A stretch of DNA of 64,000 nt, taken from the human T2T-CHM13v2.0 reference genome, Homo sapiens. The notes beneath the pieces were generated by a model. That model was not told the DNA's origin. It worked only from the letters and a program-made list of their open reading frames with translations, and ran no database searches. How positions within the stretch are numbered: the stretch's first letter is position 1; each line of letters opens with the position of its first letter. The position numbers were made by a program, and so were the translations under genes. The stretch lies in the NCBI RefSeq assembly GCF_009914755.1, contig NC_060926.1. One strand, written 5' to 3'. This document shows positions 59,501 through 64,000 of this stretch, one piece after another.

Positions 59501-60569
59501 CTTATAAAAATAAAGCGTAGGGAAGCACGGGGCGGGGCGGGAACAAAAGGGGCTTTTTCGCTGGCTCTCTAATATGGTTTTATTTATCGGAATGCGCCCT
59601 CCTTTCCTTACTGGAACCTGGAGAGGTTCTCTGCCGAGCTTGGAGCTGATGGTATCACAGCCAGACGGTTTCATTAAATGCACAGATGCCTCTGGGCCCT
59701 GCCAGGGGCAGGACAGAAAGGGCTCAGGGCCGGCCCTGCCAGGTCCAGTGCATGGAAAGGGGAGCCCCATGCCAGAGAGGCTCCCACCAGGTAGGGGTGG
59801 GCAGTTCTCTCTGGCTCCTTCCCCTGCCAAGGGCCTCCCATTGCCCTCTTCTGTTCCACAGAATCAGGCTCAAAACCATTTTCCTGCAGGAAGTCCTCCA
59901 TGATTTGTGCCTGATGGCTGTCAGGCTGATCCCAGGCTGGTGGCTGCCTTCTATTAACCAGACCCAGCATTGCTCAGCCAGTGGGTGGCCATGGCTGAGT
60001 CCGCCCCTTAACTTAGATACCTCCTGCTCTTAAAATCAGCTCTTTGGGCAACAGGTACAACCTTGGATCCTGCTCTCTCCATCCCTTGATGGGTTTCCTG
60101 CCATTGCCCACCCCAACCTTCCCACCTCTTTCCTGGTCACTCCTTGCCAGCCCCTTTCTCTGCCACCTGTGCAGTGGCCATGGTGTCCCATTTGGTCTTC
60201 TTGTGGCCAGGGAGCCTGTCTTGCTCTTCTCCCCTTTGTGCGGAAGCCCTGTCTCCCCATCCCAGCCCCTGGGTTGTGTTTGAACCTGCATCCTTCTGAG
60301 GCCAGCGACACAGAGGCCATTACCTCTGAGGCCACTGAGGCCCTCTTGAGGTCACAAGGGGAGTGAATGGCAGTGCTAGGGCTGGACTGTGGGGCTCAGA
60401 GGGCACAGGCCATTGCAGGATGGAGTAGGGTGCCAAGGGTATTGAGTGCATGGTTAGGCACTGGGTTCAGCCCTCAAGGTGACATCCCATTAGGAGAAGC
60501 TGAAGGGAGTCCCCTTCTCCAAGCCCTGTGTTCCTCTCCCAAGTTATATGCACTCAGACCCTCTCCTGC

Positions 60570-60752
60570 ATTGGTTTCCAAAATGTGGTCCCAGAAGGCA
60601 GCATGAGCATCACTTTTAGGAACTTGTTAGAAATGCACATTCTCCAGCCCACCCCGGCCCTGCTGAATCCGAGTCTCTGGGGGCAGCACCCAGCAGCCTG
60701 AATGAACCTTCCAGATGATCCTGCAGCATGCTCACATTTTCAGAACCACTGC
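60570..60752. mobile_element. MER5A-like element
   Basis: aaaatgtggtccc...ggaacttgttagaaatgcacattctc...tttcagaaccactg. Confidence 0.8.
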
Positions 60753-60944
60753 CCTAGAGTCTGCTCTAGTGACACCAACTTGCCTTTGGGACAAGGTAGA
60801 GGGAATGAGTTGTGGCTGGGTCCCAGGGTGGCGTGGCCAAGGCTGGCAGGCTGGAAAGGAGTTTGGGGGTAGCAGGGAGCTGCAGGGGCCTTTGGGTTTC
60901 TCGCACACCCCTACTGCTAAATAGCTGCTGAGTCTGTGCACTTC

Positions 60945-61370
60945 CCTTTAGCACCCCACACCCATCTAAGCCACCATTATTCCTCCCTGGACCACTGCAG
61001 TGACCTCAGAACTGGTCTCCCTAGACCTCATGCTCCCTCCAGTCTGTTCTCCATGTGGCAGCCAGAGTGAGCTTGCTGAAACGCAGACCTAGCCACGTCA
61101 GTCTGGTGGCATCCCAGAGCTCACAGACACCAGCAGCTCTGCTCTGCTTCCCCTTCCTCAAGGAAGCCAGATCCCTCCCTAACACATTTCACTGCATTTT
61201 ATGTCTATTCTTCAAGGCTCTGACCCAAATTGTAATTTTACGTTAGCTTGTGTGGATATTTTATATTTAGTTCAAATTGTATTCTCAGCCCCTAGCACCT
61301 AGCACCTAGCCTGGCATAAAGAAGGCACTCAATACATGCTTGCTGGATGAATGAATGAATAGATGAATAT
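60945..61370 (+). mobile_element. L2 3' fragment (approximate)
   Basis: cccctagcacctagc...ggcactcaatacatgcttgctggatgaatgaatgaat is an L2 tail. Confidence 0.7.
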
Positions 61371-61565
61371 ACCATACAGGCACTCACTTCCCCCAGCTGG
61401 ACCCTGCTTCCAGCAGCCACAGCTCAGGAAGCGGCACAAAAGGGGATGCTCTCTGGATCTTGTGCCCATTTGCCAGGACCCAGGCTCCATGTCCCCACCG
61501 TGGCCTCCAGCTGGCCTCATGGTGGGGCTAGGAGAGCCCCATAGGGAAGATGCATCCCAGCATGA

Positions 61566-62006
<441 letters not shown>

Positions 62007-62404
62007 TAATTTTAGAGTCATTAAAAATGGATTGCTAGCACAGATGCCGTTCCCACAGCAGACATTGCTCATCAGTGGAAGGGAACATATCCGGAAAAGG
62101 CGCTTGGTTGTGGGTCAGGGGCTTGGGTTTTCTCTGCCTCTGCCTCGCCTGTGTGATCCCAGGCCAGTCCCTTCTTCTCATCGAGGAGCTGCGTGGAATC
62201 CTTAAATGTACATCAAACACTTACGTTACTGGCTGAGTGGCCCTTCACTTGGGGTTCCTTGTTTAGGTGGGAGCCCAGACACCCACACAGTGGAGAATCC
62301 TCCATGTGAGAGCACGGGTCCCCGAGTGCCTCTCAACTCTGTGCCACAGGCAGGGCCTCTTACCACAACTGTCCCACAGGACCTCCTGTGGTGACAGGCG
62401 AGCT

Positions 62405-62582
62405 CTAGGGCTGTGCTGTCCAAAAAGGGAGCCTCTAGCTGCACGAGGCTGCCCAGCACTGGAAATGGGACTGGTGCAGCTGAGAAATGAAATTGTAAAT
62501 TTTATTTCATTTTAACGAAGTAAAATTAAAATTTAAATAGCTGCAGGTGGCTGGTGCTCCTGTATTGGACAGAGCAGCTCTA
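62405..62582. mobile_element. MER3-like element
   Basis: ctgtgctgtccaa...tttaaatagctgcaggtggctggtg...tattggacagagcag (terminal inverted repeats). Confidence 0.7.
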
Positions 62583-63830
62583 GGAGGCTCCCAGGAGGGA
62601 GAGAGTGCTATGGGCTGGAATGTCAGGAAAGCCTTTGGGAAAGACCCAGGCCCTGGAGGAAATGTGGGGTTGGGGTGTCAGTGCGAGGCAGAGGCCTGGA
62701 AGGAGGAGAAGGGAGTATGAGGCCAGGGGAGCAGGAGAGTGCTGACGTCAGGGCAGCATTTTCCGAAGAGGAGGCTGGATGCTGCCGGAAGAGATCCACT
62801 GGGCGCAAGGTAAAGAGGCCCGGCCTGCGCTGGAGGTGGCGGTGGGATGAAAGGGGAGGGGCTGGGTTTGGAAGACATTGTCAGTAAGAGTTGCCCTGAC
62901 CAGACATCAGGTTCCCTGGGTGGGTGTGGTGAACAGGGGTGGGGGAAGGTGCTGCTGTCTATATGCCTCACCAGATGGCAGGGGCAGCTGGCCATGGGTA
63001 AGCTGGCCTGGGCTGGGGATGCAACGTTGGGGTGCTTGGAAGGAAAAGCTGGTACCATGGGAAGGAATGAGCAACTGGAGGAAGAGTCCATGTGGGACTG
63101 TTTGGAGAAGGGCACAGGCCCTGGCACCTTCGGAGCAGGAGGGAGGCAGGCGGCAGGGCTGGCACTTCTCGGGGGGACTCGGCAGGACTGAGTGCAAGTG
63201 CAGAACAGGGCGGGAGGGCAGCGGTATGAGCTGCAGGCTGCCAGAGCCCTGAGGGGGCTTGCCCCTGCATCCAGTGTGACAGATCTGTCTTCTGGGCGGC
63301 AGGGAGTTAAGGAAAGTGCCTGAAGAAAAGGCACCTGCCTTGATGAAAACATCATTTTGTCCAGGCTCATTTAATTTGATGAACGTGATCACAGTTTCCC
63401 CATTTGCAAAGTGGGTGGGAATTTAAGGGTGAAATGAGCAGGAGATACAGAAGTCCCTGGAACTGCAAAAACCTGTACTGCTGAGCGCATTAGAGAAATG
63501 CCAGGAGGCCGTCTCTCTGGTCTCCAATAGTCTTAGCGCTGATTAAATTGTAGCAGGGCAAACACTAGTTGGACAGTGTTGAACTGTCCAGAGGGACTTC
63601 CCGACCATGATGGGAATTCAAACCTAGTGACAGTCACCACAGGCTGCTCACAGCTTGTTTTGTCCTTGAGTCCTGCTAAGGAGAGCAGAATTCACCATTC
63701 TGTGGGAGGGGGTGCCCTTACTACTGAGGCCCTTTCTAGTTCAGAAGGCACATGTAGACCTGATCTCTCTGAGGCTCCCTAGAGCCCTGGGTAAGGGATG
63801 CTGATTCTTGTCTCTCTACGCTTGGTCTAG

Positions 63831-63998
<168 letters not shown>

Positions 63999-64000
63999 GA

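Noticed and set aside
59501-59541. TATAAAA plus GC boxes read as an internal core promoter
   Set aside because: The GC boxes lie downstream of the TATA on +, and there is no good TATA on -. An enhancer interpretation fits better.

Overview
Human (hominid) genomic DNA covering the middle of the dysferlin gene DYSF on the + strand. I could place 19 consecutive GT-AG coding exons, recalled as exons 16-34 (NM_003494 numbering, about c.1398-3843, aa ~466-1281). They join into one uninterrupted 2446-nt frame: end of C2C, FerA, FerB, nested DysF domains, and the next C2 domain. The introns hold a full-length antisense SVA with a 15-bp TSD, about 12 Alus, MIR/L2/old L1/hAT-MER fossils, a 1.5-kb CA-rich minisatellite, an intronic CpG island, CTCF motifs and several enhancer-like blocks. 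There is no prokaryotic or CRISPR-type system, and most ORFs in the supplied track are artefacts of repeats or GC content. The strongest leads are: (1) a perfect consensus 5' splice site 126 nt downstream of the weak donor of alternative exon 17, locked in a perfect 13-bp inverted repeat whose partner arm is the U1 snRNA 5' sequence, and which would give an in-frame 42-aa extension; (2) a cluster of ADAR-like A>G changes apparently fixed in the SVA copy; (3) the minisatellite beside exon 29; (4) two candidate cryptic exons. Exon numbering, repeat subfamilies and consensus comparisons are from memory and need database confirmation.
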